Below the pieces are notes generated by a model, which did not search any database, was not told the origin of the DNA, and saw only the letters and a list, made by a program, of their open reading frames with translations. The position numbers and the translations under genes are program-made. A stretch of 64,000 nt of DNA from Gekko japonicus (taxonomy: Eukaryota): contig NW_015165855.1 of assembly GCF_001447785.1 (NCBI RefSeq), positions 492,338 to 556,337 on the forward strand, in the 5' to 3' direction. Below, piece after piece: positions 1 through 13,109 of this stretch. How positions within the stretch are numbered: position 1 is the first letter of the stretch; each line of letters starts with the position of its first letter.

Positions 1-247
1 AAAGACGTTTCCATGGTCATGTGGCCGGCATGACTAAACACCAAGGCGCACAGAACGCTGTTACCTTCCCACCAAAGCGGTACCTATTTATCTACTTGCA
101 ATTTCTTGCTTTTGAACTGCTAGGTTGGCAGGAGCTGGGGCAGGAGACGGGAGCTCACTCTGTCCTGCGGCACCCGGGTCTCGAACTGCTGAACTACCGA
201 CCTTCCGGTCTGCAGTTCTGTGTCTTAACCACTTGTGCCACTGCAGC
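1..247 (-). mobile_element. Sauria-type SINE, partial (cut by the window edge)
   Basis: Matches the copies at 30669, 53981 and 57785. Confidence 0.85.
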
Positions 248-1026
248 CCCATTATCCCCCACTGTCATTATAATATTTATTATCATGTTGTCAATTCTTT
301 AAATAAGCAAAGGTTTTAAGAAACGCTTCTATTTATAACATAAACAGACCATGCCCAAGAAACGGCTTTGTTCGGCAATAACAAATCTTTTAAAAAGGCA
401 AAAACCTGTACCTATGTGGGTACAGCTGCATATGCAGGAACAGATTGGCAGAGATCTCAGTTGTGCTCTCCCAATTTGTCACTGGCCCTTGTGTGACCCA
501 GCAACAACAGTTTGCTGAGTTACCTGGGACATGAATCCCATGTGCCTCTTCTATGCATTCACTCATGTATCCCTTTCTTCCACAAAGCCCCAGCCCATCT
601 TACACCTGCTCAGAGTATTGGCAAGTGGGGCCCTGAGGAGGACAGAGTAGGCAGGAAAGGCCAGGGACACCCCAAAAGGGCCAACTGGGAAGGAAGGGTG
701 AAGGAGAGCAAAATAATTGAGCCACAAACCAATCCCTGCTTGCATAAGCAAAAGTCCTAAGAATACAATTATTCTTATTGTATGTAATGCAATTTTGGAA
801 GAGTATGTATTGACAGTGGCTACAGTGGCATAATAGTTTTACAGTTACGCCTAATAGAAAAGATAAAACAGAGGTCAATCTATTTACTTCCAAAGATGGA
901 GTCGGCAAGAACTGGAAAACTCAGACATAGATACACCAGCTCAACAATAGATAATTCTGTTACAATTATGGTATGGTAACTGGCTACAGAGCGCGCACTG
1001 AAATAATTCCTGATAAGATAGCTTAC

Positions 1027-3447
1027 CTTTTCAGTATTCTCCGACTCTAAATTTAAATCGTTTTGTTCATTGCCTGTCAAAGGAACACCCAAGTTGTTAT
1101 TGCCAAGAACACTGCCTGCAATCTGAACATTGGGGGTTAGAAAAGTGAATTCATTCTTCCTGGATTCTGAGGACAGGCACAGCTGGTAGGAATAAGGCAA
1201 AGTCCCATCTTCAAAGTTTGGTGGGAAGATGGCTCCACCCTTTGAATGGGGAACAGGAGCAAAGCACTGCAGGAATTTGGGATTCCCTGATCTTCGAAGC
1301 TTCATCAGAATGGCCAGGATCACTGTCAAGAGGAACAAGAACGACATCACAGCCAAGGCCAGCACCAGGTAGAACTGCAGGTCAGACTGATAGTCAGGAC
1401 TGCTGGACTGGTTCTTCATTTCTGGAAGGGCCTCCTGAAAGTTCTCAGCAAACACCAAGTTCAATGTCACGGTGGCTGAGAGAGACGGCTGGCCATTATC
1501 CTTCACCAAAATGACCAGTTTCTGTTTCGCAGCATCTTTCTCCACAAAGGCCCTTGCGGTCCTGATCTCACCAGTGTGAGAACCAACAGTGAAGAATCCT
1601 GGTTCAGAGGCTTGAATGACATGGTAGGAAAGCCAGGCGTTGTGTCCAGAATCAGCATCCACGGCCACCACCTTTGTGACCAGATATCCTGCCTCAGCAG
1701 AACGAGGTACCATCTCAAACAAGGCTGAGCCCTTGGCTTCTTGTGAAGGGGACAAGATCTGTGGGGTGTTGTCATTCCGATCCATGATGAACACCCTCAC
1801 TGTGACATTGCTGCTGAGAGGGGGAGAACCACCATCTTGGGCCCTCACTTGAAGCTGGAACTCTCTGAACTGTTCATAGTCAAAGGACCTCTGGGCATAG
1901 AGAGCTCCAGTCTCAGAGTTAATGGAGATGTATGAAGAGATGGGGAGCTCCTTGATGTTGCTGTGGAGGATGGAATATGAGATTCGTGCATTTTGGTCCA
2001 TGTCTGGATCCAAGGCTTTCACACTGAATATGGATGCACCAGAAGGCTTGTTTTCTGGCACATAGATGGTGTAGGAAGATTTCTCAAAAGAAGGGGAATT
2101 GTCATTGATATCAGAGATTTGTACTGAGATGGTTTTGTGTGTTGATAGAGGGGGGTTCCCTTTGTCTGTGGCTGTAACTGTAATGTTATATTCAGAAATG
2201 CTTTCTCTGTCTAGCAGACTGTCTAATAGGAGTTTGTAATAATTATTAGATGTTGGAACAACTTTGAAGGGCAAACTGCTTTGCAAACTGCAAACAACCT
2301 TTCCATTATCACCTGTATCTTTGTCATTGATGTTAATTAAAGCTATCAAAGTTCCAGGCAAAGAATCTTCAGGAATAGGGCTAAATACAGAGGCTAAATT
2401 AACTTCTGGAGAGTTATCATTTTCATCAAGAACACTGATTTCAACATTGCAGTGGGTCACTAATCCACCTCCATCTTTTGCTGCTACAGTCATAGTATAT
2501 TCTTCCATTTCTTCAAAGTCCAATGACTCAATAAGAGTGATTGTTCCGTTGGCTGGATCCAGCCTGAATTTCTGATGGGCATTCATTGGTGCATTGTTGA
2601 AATGATATGTGATCTGAGCATTTGTACCTTCATCATTATCAGAAGCTACAACTTGGAGTACAAGAGATCCAACAGGCACATTCTCCAGCAAACTAACCTT
2701 GTAGACCTCTTTAGTGAAGATGGGTGGGTTGTCATTGGCATCAGTAACATTAATCCATATCTGGGCAGTCCCAGTTTTTCTAGGTTCACCCCCATCCAGG
2801 GCTGTTAGGGCCAAATGTAAAATCTGTTCTGTTTCCCTATCTAGTGGTTTCTTAAGCACAAGTTCTGCATATTTATTTCCATCTTGTCTCTCTCTAACCT
2901 CTAAAATGAAGTACTGATTGGTGCTGAGCTGATAATTCTGCAGAGAATTCATCCCAATGTCAGGATCTTCAGCTTTTCCAATGAGAAATCTGGTGCCTGG
3001 CAATGTTACTTCACTTGTCTCCAAGTAGATGTTGCCATTGAGGAACTGTGGTGCATGATCATTAATGTCCTGAATTGCCACAGTTATATGGAAAACATTG
3101 AGAGGGTTTTCTATCACCATCTCAAAATTTACAAGGCAATGTTGATTTTTGCCACAAATTCCCTCCCTGTCTATTCTGTCATTCACAAAGAGGTTTCCAT
3201 TCTCTGCACTGATACTGAAATACTGTATTTTAGTCACAGAGACAACATGCAGATTGCGTTTAGCAAGTTCTCTAGCATTCAGTCCCAAATCCTTGGCAAG
3301 ATTTCCCACAATAGAACCCTTTGGCATCTCTTCAAGTATGGAATACTGAATCTGCTCTGAGGCAGCCGAGCTCCAGAAAGACAATAAAGAGAGAAGCAGT
3401 ACTTGCCTTCCAAGTGCCCGGCCATTCCCTTTGTGCTTCCTTTCCAT
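1027..3447 (-). CDS. PCDHGB: Protocadherin gamma-B-like variable exon (unit 1), intact, 807 codons
   Basis: ATG at 3447 (the ORF track starts at an upstream TTG). Signal peptide, EC1 C-X5-C (CGKNQHC), six cadherin repeats with DRE/DxNDN motifs, TM, and a VCD containing [16 protein letters not shown] that resembles mammalian gamma-B. Phase-0 donor AAG|GTAAGC at 1027/1026. Symbol is subfamily-level only. Confidence 0.93.
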
Positions 3448-3684
3448 CTGGATCCCAGACAAATTAGCTTTCTTTCCCCTCAGTCTTACAATCAGATCAG
3501 ATTCTCATGAGGATGCAGAAAATCACTGTGAGGAATAATCAACCATTTCCCCTTCTTATTTTGCATGAATCAAAACGGTTTTTCTTTGCTTCATCAAGAC
3601 TGCTCTTTGCTCTGCTGTTTCTGTGATCGGTTATCACAAGGTAGGAAGCATTACGGGTTCTCTGTCCTCTTTCCAGCTCACATT

Positions 3685-3723
3685 GTCCAATAGCGGCACT
3701 TTGAGGATCAAGAAGGAATTGCA
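3685..3723 (-). promoter_or_regulatory. Pcdh promoter CSE (CGCT box, CTCF site) of unit 1
   Basis: Minus strand reads TGCAATTCCTTCTTGATCCTCAAAGTGCCGCTATTGGAC, about 245 bp upstream of the ATG. The same motif recurs at the other promoters. Confidence 0.85.
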
Positions 3724-3741
3724 AGAAAAATCTTTTACAAT

Positions 3742-3920
3742 ATAAGAACATAAGAACATAAGAGAAGCCAATGTTGGATCAGGCCAATGGCCCATCCAGT
3801 CCAACACTCTGTGTCACACAGTGGCCAAAAATACCAGGTGCCATCAGGAGGTCCATCAGTGGGGCCAGGACAGTAGAAGCCCTCCCACTGTTGCTCCCCC
3901 CCAAGCACCAAGAATACAGT
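3742..3920 (-). mobile_element. CR1-type LINE/SINE 3' end
   Basis: (ATAAGAAC)n octamer tail followed by the typical reptile repeat body AGAGAAGCC-ATGTTGGATCAGGCC. Confidence 0.55.
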
Positions 3921-3957
3921 GCATATAAATCAAAACGTTACTTCCATGGAGATAGAT

Positions 3958-4118
3958 TCAGGTGGGCAGCTCTGGTGGTACATGGAAGTAATAGAACAAA
4001 GATTCAGTCCAGTGGCAACTTTAATATCTGAAGAAGTGTACATCCACACAAAAGCTTATATCTTGAATAAAACTTTGGTGGTCTTAAAGGTGTCACTGGA
4101 CTCAAACGTTGTTCTATT
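3958..4118 (+). mobile_element. Penelope-like element terminus with a decayed hammerhead motif
   Basis: Inverted AGTCCAGTGGCA...TGTCACTGGACT arrangement, with CTGAAGA-stem-AAAAGCTT at 4028-4057. Related copy at 41425-41600. Confidence 0.62.
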
Positions 4119-5321
4119 ACTTACATGTATTTCCTCAAGAGCTATTTTCCTGGAATTTGATCTTCAGAGGGGCAGTTGAGAAGATTTCCTGTGGTTTCTC
4201 TGGAATTCAGACTCCATTTCCTTGCTTTGTAGTTTCCCTTTAAGAAAGTGATGAAAATGCTTGCCTTCTATAGAGAATATTTTTTCTTTAATGGTAAAGT
4301 ATAACTTTTTTTCTTCATGACTGTTTTCATGAAAAGTCATAAATAGTGAGTCATCACACACTAAAAACGAAGCCTAAGTTTTACTACCTTAGTTACAATG
4401 CGATTTTACTACAGCCACCAAAAATTTAGCCATACACAAAGTTTCTTGTTTGTCTTCATCTCTTAGTAACCAAGAAGATTTAGCTTCTAGAGAGACAGAG
4501 TCCTCCTTAAGCAAAGGAAAACTAAATTCTACTCTCAAATATGAAGATTCAAGGCAATCCAAAAGAAGATGATCTATAGAGTTAATTCGGTTAATACCAC
4601 ACCCGGAGAATCTATGGAATACCATTAGACCCTCCTAATAACACTGCTGATGCCAAAGCATTCAAATGTCCAAGCATAAATGCCCTTCTATACTTTGGAA
4701 GAAATAATTCAAACAGGTATTTCGGTATTTTTGTATCACTGGTGTTAAAAACTATGATCTCCGACTCTAAGATCTGTCATGGAATTTCAGATATAAACTC
4801 AAAATTTAGCACTTTCCCAACTTACAACAGATCAGTTCTCTGTCAATCCCATCTGCATGGCATGAAGCTACAGCATCACAATTAAAAGCAACATGCTGAA
4901 TTCTACTCTGGGTAACAGTGGGCTCCATGGCCTGGGAGCTCTTCTATATTCAGTCTCTTATCCATAGTCAATTAATTTCTTCAGGAAATTAGTACTAAAC
5001 CTTCATGGTAACAGCTGGACCAATGTTAGCAGATTCCCTTTCCTCCCCTTTCTTTTTTTGTGTGCAAACCTTATGGAATCTTGATTTAGCCTATTATACT
5101 TCCAATGTGAAAATGTCACAATGAATATTAAATTTATTTTGACTGACCATTGCTAAAGGGAGGGATTTGTATACAAAACATTGTTGGGGGGGGGTGGCTA
5201 GTTCAGTCCTGACACATCACAGGGAATTTTTGCATTGCTAGTTTCTGCTTCAAAGAAGCTGGTCCAAGGAGTTGCTAGTTCTGATTGAGATTCTTATCAT
5301 TCACTCTCATCATCAAGTAAT

Positions 5322-5407
5322 TAACAGAGTGCTCAGGATTTAAACTAATGATCCAAAACAACTATAACAGAGTGCTCAGGATTTAAACTAATGAACCAAA
5401 ACAACTA
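5322..5407 (+). repeat. 43-bp tandem duplication
   Basis: TAACAGAGTGCTCAGGATTTAAACTAATGA(T/A)CCAAAACAACTA twice. Confidence 0.9.
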
Positions 5408-5498
5408 TCTCCCGATGTTCAAGGTCATTACTATTGTTCTTAGTTCACTAGGCAGAGGATGCTAGAGCTGGGTGTCATCGTGTCAAGATACTCCTGAC

Positions 5499-5705
5499 CA
5501 ATGTTCCCTCTCAGCTGTGGTGTCTGGTGAGCAAAAATTCTACTTTGTGAGCTATTGACATTAAAGTTGTGAGCGAGCGGTTTGGCTACTGCATACAGTA
5601 GTTTGCTTTGGAGTCATCCTTCCTGAGCAAAGACAAAAATGTGTGAGCCGGAGGCTAAAAAACTGTGAGCTAGCTCACACTAACTCAGCTGTAGCGGGAA
5701 CACTG
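5499..5705. mobile_element. hAT-type MITE
   Basis: TIRs CAATGTTCCC / GGGAACACTG. 8-bp TSD CTCCTGAC/CTCCTAAC. Confidence 0.8.
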
Positions 5706-6115
5706 CTCCTAACTCCCAAGAGGGAGACACTCAGTATCCCCATAAAACAATAACAGATATAGCTGCTCCCTTCAAAGTAGCAGATCCTAGTTAGATGTGC
5801 TTGAGCATCCACTGGTTCAACTCATGTTGTGGCCACATGTTGCAATCACCACAGTAGCCTGTGTATGACAAGGCAGAGCAACATTAACCTTCTCCCTGCT
5901 GCTGCTGTCACCCCTATTTGCTGTTGGGCGTTGCTGCCAGTTTTTTAGAGGGGGGGAAATGATGAAAATCGCAAAGAAATAAACCAAGTCATGGGAAAAT
6001 GGATTTCCTTCCTGGTTGGTGTCTGACAGCTTGAACAATGGCTTCCACACTGCCATGACTGAGAGCAGTTTGCACATGCACATTCTTGCACAGTCTCATG
6101 GGCATCATAGGTTAT

Positions 6116-6320
6116 TTCACCCCATCCATGTAACTGAAAGAAATCACTTACACCGTTTTTTAAACTTTATAAGAATAGACGGGATGCTTTGCCAAAAGTG
6201 GACAATGTATTAAATGTTCACCCCATCCATGTAACTGAAAGAAATAACTTACAACATTTTTTTTTTAACTTTAGAAGAATAGACGGGATGCTTTGTCAAA
6301 AGTGGACAATGTATTAAATG
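6116..6320 (+). repeat. Tandem duplication of about 100 bp, two copies
   Basis: TTCACCCCATCCATGTAACTGAAAGAAAT...AATGTATTAAATG occurs twice. Confidence 0.9.
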
Positions 6321-6642
6321 CAGTTCCATTTAAATAATGCTTTTTACTGCACAGGTACAGACAGGGAACACTTCCGTGGTCTAATCAACCATGACCCTGG
6401 GTAGGGACTGAAATCTTCTACAGCACAGCTGCAAAGGCAGCCATAAAGAAATGGAATATATCGACCACAGTTATTGTGCAGTTGCCAAGCTGCTTGGCTC
6501 AGTGCTTCAGTTGGGCAGCAAGAAGTGAGGACAGGATGAACTTATAACAAGCTTATAAGTAGGTTGCAGCAGTTGATCAAAGTATGCTTGCCTGGTGAGC
6601 ATATTCACCTTGGCATACCAGATACTAATTCTCAAAACCATC

Positions 6643-7025
6643 CAGGGGTCATTTTGTAGAAAAAAAGGTGCAGGAGCTTATTAGCATAACTTATTAGCAT
6701 AACTTATTTGCATATGCCACACTCCCTGACATCATCGGAAGTGTGTTGGAAGGCAACACCCACCACTCAGGCTCCACTGGACTGTTTTGGATTGCTAGCT
6801 ATTGGGGGGGGGGGGGGAATGCGCAGATCTGCCCTCAAAGAGGAGGGAGAGCTCGTACCTGAAGACGGGGGGGGGCTCTGCAACTTACCTGGCTGCTTCT
6901 TGCTTCTTGTGGCCCAACTGAGGGCTGCTGGGAGCAGGTGGCGGGGCTTGTTGCATGTGCCCGCCCCCTGGGCTCTTTACTGCCGGAGCTTCCCTCCTGT
7001 GCGCTCCCACAGGAAATGACCCCTG
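6643..7025. mobile_element. hAT-type MITE (CAGGGGTCATTT family)
   Basis: TIRs CAGGGGTCATTT / AAATGACCCCTG. TSD AAACCATC/AGACCATC. Paralog at 43143. Confidence 0.85.
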
Positions 7026-8410
7026 AGACCATCTATTCAAAATGTGCATCTCTCCTGATAACTTTCTAGGGATGGTCCACTAAAACAAGTGGCTCAGCAA
7101 GAAGGCACTCCTTTGGGTGTGAGCTTTTCAAGCCCATCAAATAAAATCTAGTGGTCACATTCTGAAAAGCCATTGAACGGGGCAGAAGAATCAGCAAGGC
7201 AAATTCTACCTGTTCTCCTCTAGGTTATGTTGTACAAAAGCAGTGCTGACCCCAAGTGCAATCCTGAAGCTAAAAATTACATAGATTAAAAATTTTTTAA
7301 AATTCATCCAGAAAAGCCAAGAGTTGGAGCTGTAGGCACATGCTCATTTAGCCTTCTTGTAGTAATTCACTCATCACCAGAAAAAAATTTCCTGAATGAG
7401 ATCCTGCTATCCAATGGCAAACTGCTTTGCATGCTGGTAATAGGTTCAATCTCTAGCTGAAGGTTATCAGAAAGATTTCTGTCTGTAACCTTGGAGAACT
7501 GCAGCGAGTCGGAATGCAGACTATGTGATTAGATGAACTAATGGTTTGGCTTGGTATACGGAAACTTCACATTCATACATGTTCTTTTTTTAAAAAAGTG
7601 CCTTATAACACACATCCAAATGGGCTTTTTGTCATCTTCAGTCACATTCAGCGAGAGATGTATGTGCTTTATGAAGTTATTGGACTCCTAGTTGAATCAA
7701 GTGAGATAAATTGTTCTCACAACTCTTCCAGGGAAGCTCTTCCATTTGACCAACAAAAAGCTTTTTTACTCAACAAAAACAGATTGACAGCTATATATGC
7801 TCACAACAACCTCAAGTTAATTAAAGATATCTGAGGCAATGGCATAAAGAGATGGTTAGACTTCATCTTCAGTATTCCAATAAACACCAACAGAACACAT
7901 CTTCATTTTAGTCCGATCTCAGGTTGACTGTAGACAGCCATAATGCCACGAATCAGAGTGCTGTCACTTGTGAAAATATGCTACCAACTAGAATACCAAC
8001 TTGTGAAAATATGCTACCAACTAGAATGTAAACACCTAAGTTCCGATACTAAACATAATATTTATCTTAATTACCTGTTTTTAATTATTCATTTAATCAT
8101 TATAAAAGAGGGATATCTTTGTATTATATTTATTGTCAGGAGAAAGGCGGGATACATAAATATTCTAAATAAAAAATAGAACTGTGTTCTCTTTGGTGAA
8201 ATATTGGCCAGCTGCATAAAGAAAAGGACCACAGATCAGGAGTCAGGGAGGTGTTGCTCAGTTACAGAAAACATACTTAGCCCATAAGCTCCATCAGGAA
8301 AAAAAGAATCTCAGATAGCAAAGCTGGGAAAGATCTCAGCCTGAATCTGTGCAAAACTACAGACAGCAAAGGTTTGATAACACCAACTATAGGGATCAAT
8401 GTCCAATTTA

Positions 8411-8885
8411 GGCTGCGGTCACACTGGCGGATTGGCGCGGTATGGTGGCACCCCTACTTGTACCGGTTTAAAGTGTTGCAGGGCATATCATCCAAACAGT
8501 ACACTCTGCTGTGGGTTACCAACATGCAGTGTACTGCCTGTGGTCTCATGCAGTGTACTGCCCAGCTCATGTTCATGTGCATATGTGTGCTTGTGCACAT
8601 ATAGGCAAAAACTTTAAAAACCCAACACCCCAGCAGCAGAAACAGATCTTCTGGTTCAGACATCCCTTCTAGGTTCCTTTTGCTGCAGGAGAGTTCAGAT
8701 GTTCGAAAACCCAGAGGGAACTGTGAACCACCTGCCAATACCAGACTTTCCCCGATATCTATTTATTCCACTTCCACTGCAGAACATCACAGGCTGCCGA
8801 CAACCATGTGAGGCAGATGTTCTCATCTGGAAGGGCCCATTTAATCCACTCAGGTAATGCTACTATAGTGCGTGTGACCGCAGCC
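8411..8885. mobile_element. MITE, probably PIF/Harbinger-like
   Basis: Perfect 14-bp TIR GGCTGCGGTCACAC / GTGTGACCGCAGCC with TTA/TAA-type flanks. Confidence 0.65.
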
Positions 8886-9356
8886 CTAAGAAAGACTGTT
8901 TTGGATGTGGTGGATAATGCAGCAATAATCTTTAAGAGGATCAATGTTCCTCATACCCATTCATAATGAAAACTAAGGAATCTTTCCAGGAGAGAAATAT
9001 ATTGTAAGGCCGGAATATCAAATTCCAAAAGAAGACACCAAAGTAACTATACTACAAAAAAGTTAGAAAAGAAACATCGAAAGTAGATGAATTTCACAAA
9101 GATCTGTATCCCGTCCACCTATAAACAATTTAGCACTAGTTAAATCAAGTGTATTTGTTATGACTTAACAGGAGCTACACACAGACACTCCCCCCCCACA
9201 TAACCATGAAGATTAGATTGCTAAGTGCACACTTCAAATGAGCGATTTTATGTTCCAATCCGTCTCTCAATATTTTGGAAAAACAAACATAAATAGCATT
9301 GGAAACTAAAAGACTATTTAACATCAGAATCCTTACATTTGACAGACACAGCTCAC

Positions 9357-11762
9357 CTGAGTAGTGGCTGAATCCCCATGACTACTGTTAATATCTTCAG
9401 CCAGAAGAAACGGATCCTTCATCTCACAAGGCTGTTGACTGGGCAGAGTATTAGACAAGTTACCCTTTGGAAAGCCAAAATTGCTCTTCCCCGTGGTGAG
9501 AGAGAAGTCATGACAGTAGGAGTGAAGAAAAGCTTGGACTCCATCAATCCCCATAAACTGTGAAACTGGAACTCCAGTAAAAGTCACACTACCAGAATCG
9601 CATAGCTGAGAATTCCTCCATCTGTGAAGTCTGAGTGCCAGCAACACAAGGAGGAAGGTGAAAAACAAGCAGGAGACAAAAGCCACAGCAACCACCAGGT
9701 AGAAGGTGAGGTCCGACTGGGGGTCTGCAGGAGCTGAGATGCTGCTAATATCAGAGAGGCTTTCAGGGATGCTGTCGGCCAGCACCACAGTGACCGTGAC
9801 TGAGGCAGACAGAGGGGGCTGCCCATTGTCCTTCACTAAAACCACCAGGCTTTGCTTGAGAGCATCCTTGTCCAGAAAGAAGCGGGCTGTCCTGATCTCT
9901 CCAGTGTGGAGTCCTATGGAGAAGAGCCCTGGCTCTGTGGCCTTGAGTAGTTGATAGGAGAGCCAGGCATTCTGGCCAGAGTCTGCATCCACTGCCACCA
10001 CCTTAGTGACCAGATATCCAGGCTCAGAAGAGTGGGGGGCCAGCTCAACTCCAGTGGAGCCATCGATGGGGACAGAAGGGTACAAGATTTCTGGGGTATT
10101 ATCATTCTGATCCAGAATGAACAGAGTCACTGAAATACTGGAACTGAGTGAAGGGGATCCTCCATCTTGGGCCTTGACCAGGAAGCTGATTTGCCGGAAC
10201 TCTTCATAATCAAAGGAACGCAGGGCATAAACAGTCCCAGTCTCTGAGTTAATGGAAAGATCTGAGGAGACTTTGATGTCTTCTTCACCAACAGAATATG
10301 TTATTCTGGAGTTCTCCCCCCAGTCTGGATCATCTGCCTTCAGGGAAAATATGGAGGCCCCTCTTGGATTATTTTCCAATATATAAACAGTATAAACTGT
10401 TTCCTGGAAGGATGGAGGATTGTCGTTGGTGTCTAAAATCTTGAGGGCAATAACAGTGGATGAAGAAAGTGGAGGAGTCCCACTGTCCACAGCTGTCACT
10501 GTGATATTGTAGGCTGCCACCTGTTCCCGATCCAGAGTTCTGGATGTGACCAAACTGTAGTAGCTATCATAAGATTTTGTCAGTAGGAAGGGGAGGTTGT
10601 CTGGAACAGTGCAAGTGACTTCTGCATTCTCTGCAGAGTCTTTATCTTGCACATTTAAAAGAGCTACAGATGTCCCTGCTGGAGAATCTTCAGCGACAGA
10701 GTGGATAACAGAAGTTATTGCTAGTTCTGGTGCATTATCATTTACATCAGTAATAATTATCATGAGGGTTGCACTGTCCAACAGTCCTCCGCCATCTTGG
10801 ACTTGGACCTCCATTTCATGAAATGGAGTCTCCTCAAAGTCCACGTTCCCAACAAGAGTTATTTCACCTGAGTCTGAATCTAAATGGAATAGGTGAGAAG
10901 TTTCTGCTGCAATTTTATGGAATGAGAATTTCATTTGCTTATTGATTCCTTCATCCAAGTCAGTTGCTTTTAGTCTTATTACTGTCGTCCCAATAGGAAT
11001 ATCCTCCCTCCAACTAACTTCATAAATACGTTGGCTAAAGATGGGTGCATTGTCATTAGCATCCAGAACTACCACATGAACTTGTGTAGTGCCAGTCTTG
11101 GCAGGATGTCCTCCATCATATGCTGTGAGAATAAGATTTTGACTGGCTAGTTCTTCTCTGTCCAGAGGCCTTTCCAGCACTAATTTTGCATACTGTTTGC
11201 CCTTAACTGAGGTTTCTACAACCAGTGAGAAATGACTACTGTTGCTAAGCTTGTAACCCTGTACAGAATTGTTTCCTAAATCAGGATCCTGAGCTTCATA
11301 GAGTGGAAATCGGGACCCCAGTGCTGTGTTCTCACTAATATTAATAATTAGTGTTTCTAACTGGAAAGTGGGGGCATGGTCATTAATATCCATGATTTCC
11401 ACTTCAACTCCATAGACTTTCATGGAATCCCCAACAATAACCTCAGCATTCAAGATGCATGTCTCCTGCCAACCACAGATCTCTTCCCTGTCTATTCTCT
11501 TTGTGGTGTACAAATAGCCATTCTTATAATTCAAAGCAAAATACTCACTCCTTCCTTGGGACACAAGGTGGATCCCACGGTCTGAAAGGTCTTTTGCATC
11601 CAGTCCCAGATCCTTTGCAATGTTCCCCACCAAAGAGCCTTTCTCGGTTTCCTCAGGAATGGAGTAATGAATCTGTCTGGAAATGGCTCTGCAGATGGAA
11701 GCAAATAGCATGCAAAATACAGCTCCTCTTTTGCAATCCTTCAGGCATTTTGTTGTTGGCAT
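9357..11762 (-). CDS. PCDHGA: Protocadherin gamma-A-like variable exon (unit 2), intact, 802 codons
   Basis: Six EC repeats, TM, and VCD SQFMGIDGVQAFLHSYCH resembling mammalian gamma-A (HFVGVDGVRAFLQTYSH). Donor CAG|GTGAGC at 9357/9356, phase 0. Confidence 0.92.
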
Positions 11763-11977
11763 TCTTGGCTCTATGAGAAGTCCCTTTGCTATTTTGATAT
11801 TTCAGGAATGGCTGAATCTGGCCAGAAAGTGCAAGATATCCTGTTACAAATGAAACGTGGTCTTCTGTTTCAGATTCTCTGTGCAGCGATGTTCTGCCTG
11901 GGTCTGATCTCTCTGCTTTTTCAGCTCTGAAGCAGCTGATCTGGGATGGAGGAATTCCTCATTGCTCAGCCTTGGTT

Positions 11978-12016
11978 GGTCAACAGCGACACTCAGAGTC
12001 TCAGCCACTAATTGCA
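11978..12016 (-). promoter_or_regulatory. CSE/CTCF site of unit 2
   Basis: TGCAATTAGTGGCTGAGACTCTGAGTGTCGCTGTTGACC on the minus strand. Confidence 0.87.
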
Positions 12017-12728
12017 CACATTCTGAGCTCTGGAGCTTTCTATTTTGTTTGATTCCATAAACAATGAACTAAGAACTAATTTCACAATAAATCTTGTTCT
12101 CACGTTGTCTCAGCTTAGTACTTTTATCACATCTCTTTATTAATAATTGTAATAGTGCTCTTTTAATTTTTTCCCTTTTATGTAGGTTATACTTATTAGT
12201 ATGCTGTTAAGGCAATTACTACATATTATTCTCCTATGGAAAATATAATTAGTTTATGACAGCTTCTACCTTCTCAATCTCTTAATAAAAGCATTAGTAT
12301 TTATACAACCGCAGGCTACTAGGAAAGTTCTGTTCATTCTTTCTTTCTCCTACAGTCATATTATGGCTACTTATTCTCCATGTGCACAAAAAACCAATGA
12401 AACTCCAGTGCTAATATAAACAATTACAGAAGTGTGTACTTAGGAGATTTACTGTTTGGTTTTTTAAAATGAAAAGAAATTCTGTGTTGTCCAGCAGTTT
12501 ACACCTTTAAAAATGTTAGCTCCTAACATTGTTATAAAATAAAATCTAAAATCTTTGTAATTAAGTGTTTATGGCTTCTTGTAATCGCAGGTCACAGTAA
12601 CTGAGGCCTAGTCAACGCATGTAGGTACAGTTCAGGAATAAAATACACTGTTTTAGGAATCATGAACAATTTCCTTCCCTGGAGGTTTTCAAATGGAGGA
12701 AGGAGCATCTATGGACAATGCTTTGGAT

Positions 12729-13109
12729 CAGGGGTCGTTTAGTAGAAAAAGAGCTAGGGGAACTCATTAGCATAACTCATTAGCATATGCCACACCCCCT
12801 GACATCACCGAAAGTGTGTCATAAGGCCACATCCCCTGACATCACCGGAAGTGTGTCATAAGGCCACACACACCACCCCCAACAGTCCCAGCTGCCACCG
12901 CCGGCCTTGCAGCTCCACTGCCGAGCCCCATGAGGGGCCCGGCGGTGGACCTGCAAGGCTGGTGGGAGTGCAAGGAAGCCCCGCGAAGGCCCTCCCTGGC
13001 CCCAGGCAGGCAGGGGTGGGGAGAGGCAGGGAGGAAGCAACTTACCCTCCCTCTTCTCCTGCCTCCTCCTGGCTAAATGAGGGCCGGTTCCCCCCCGAAA
13101 TGACCTCTG
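12729..13109. mobile_element. hAT-type MITE inserted in a CR1-like fragment
   Basis: TIRs CAGGGGTCGTTT / AAATGACCTCTG. Perfect 8-bp TSD CTTTGGAT. Confidence 0.88.

Noticed and set aside
21-319. ORFs MAGMTK... repeated at 21, 30690 and 54003
   Set aside because: Chance ORFs within Sauria SINE copies
880-1026. C-terminal extensions of the long ORFs beyond the GT donors
   Set aside because: Intronic read-through of variable length and no conservation. The exons end at phase-0 donors and should splice to constant exons outside the window.
1218-2917. Recurrent antisense and alternate-frame ORFs over every Pcdh exon (e.g. [11 protein letters not shown]..., [13 protein letters not shown]...)
   Set aside because: They are shadows of the conserved, gene-converted cadherin coding sequence and recur only because the exons are paralogous. 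No independent coding evidence.
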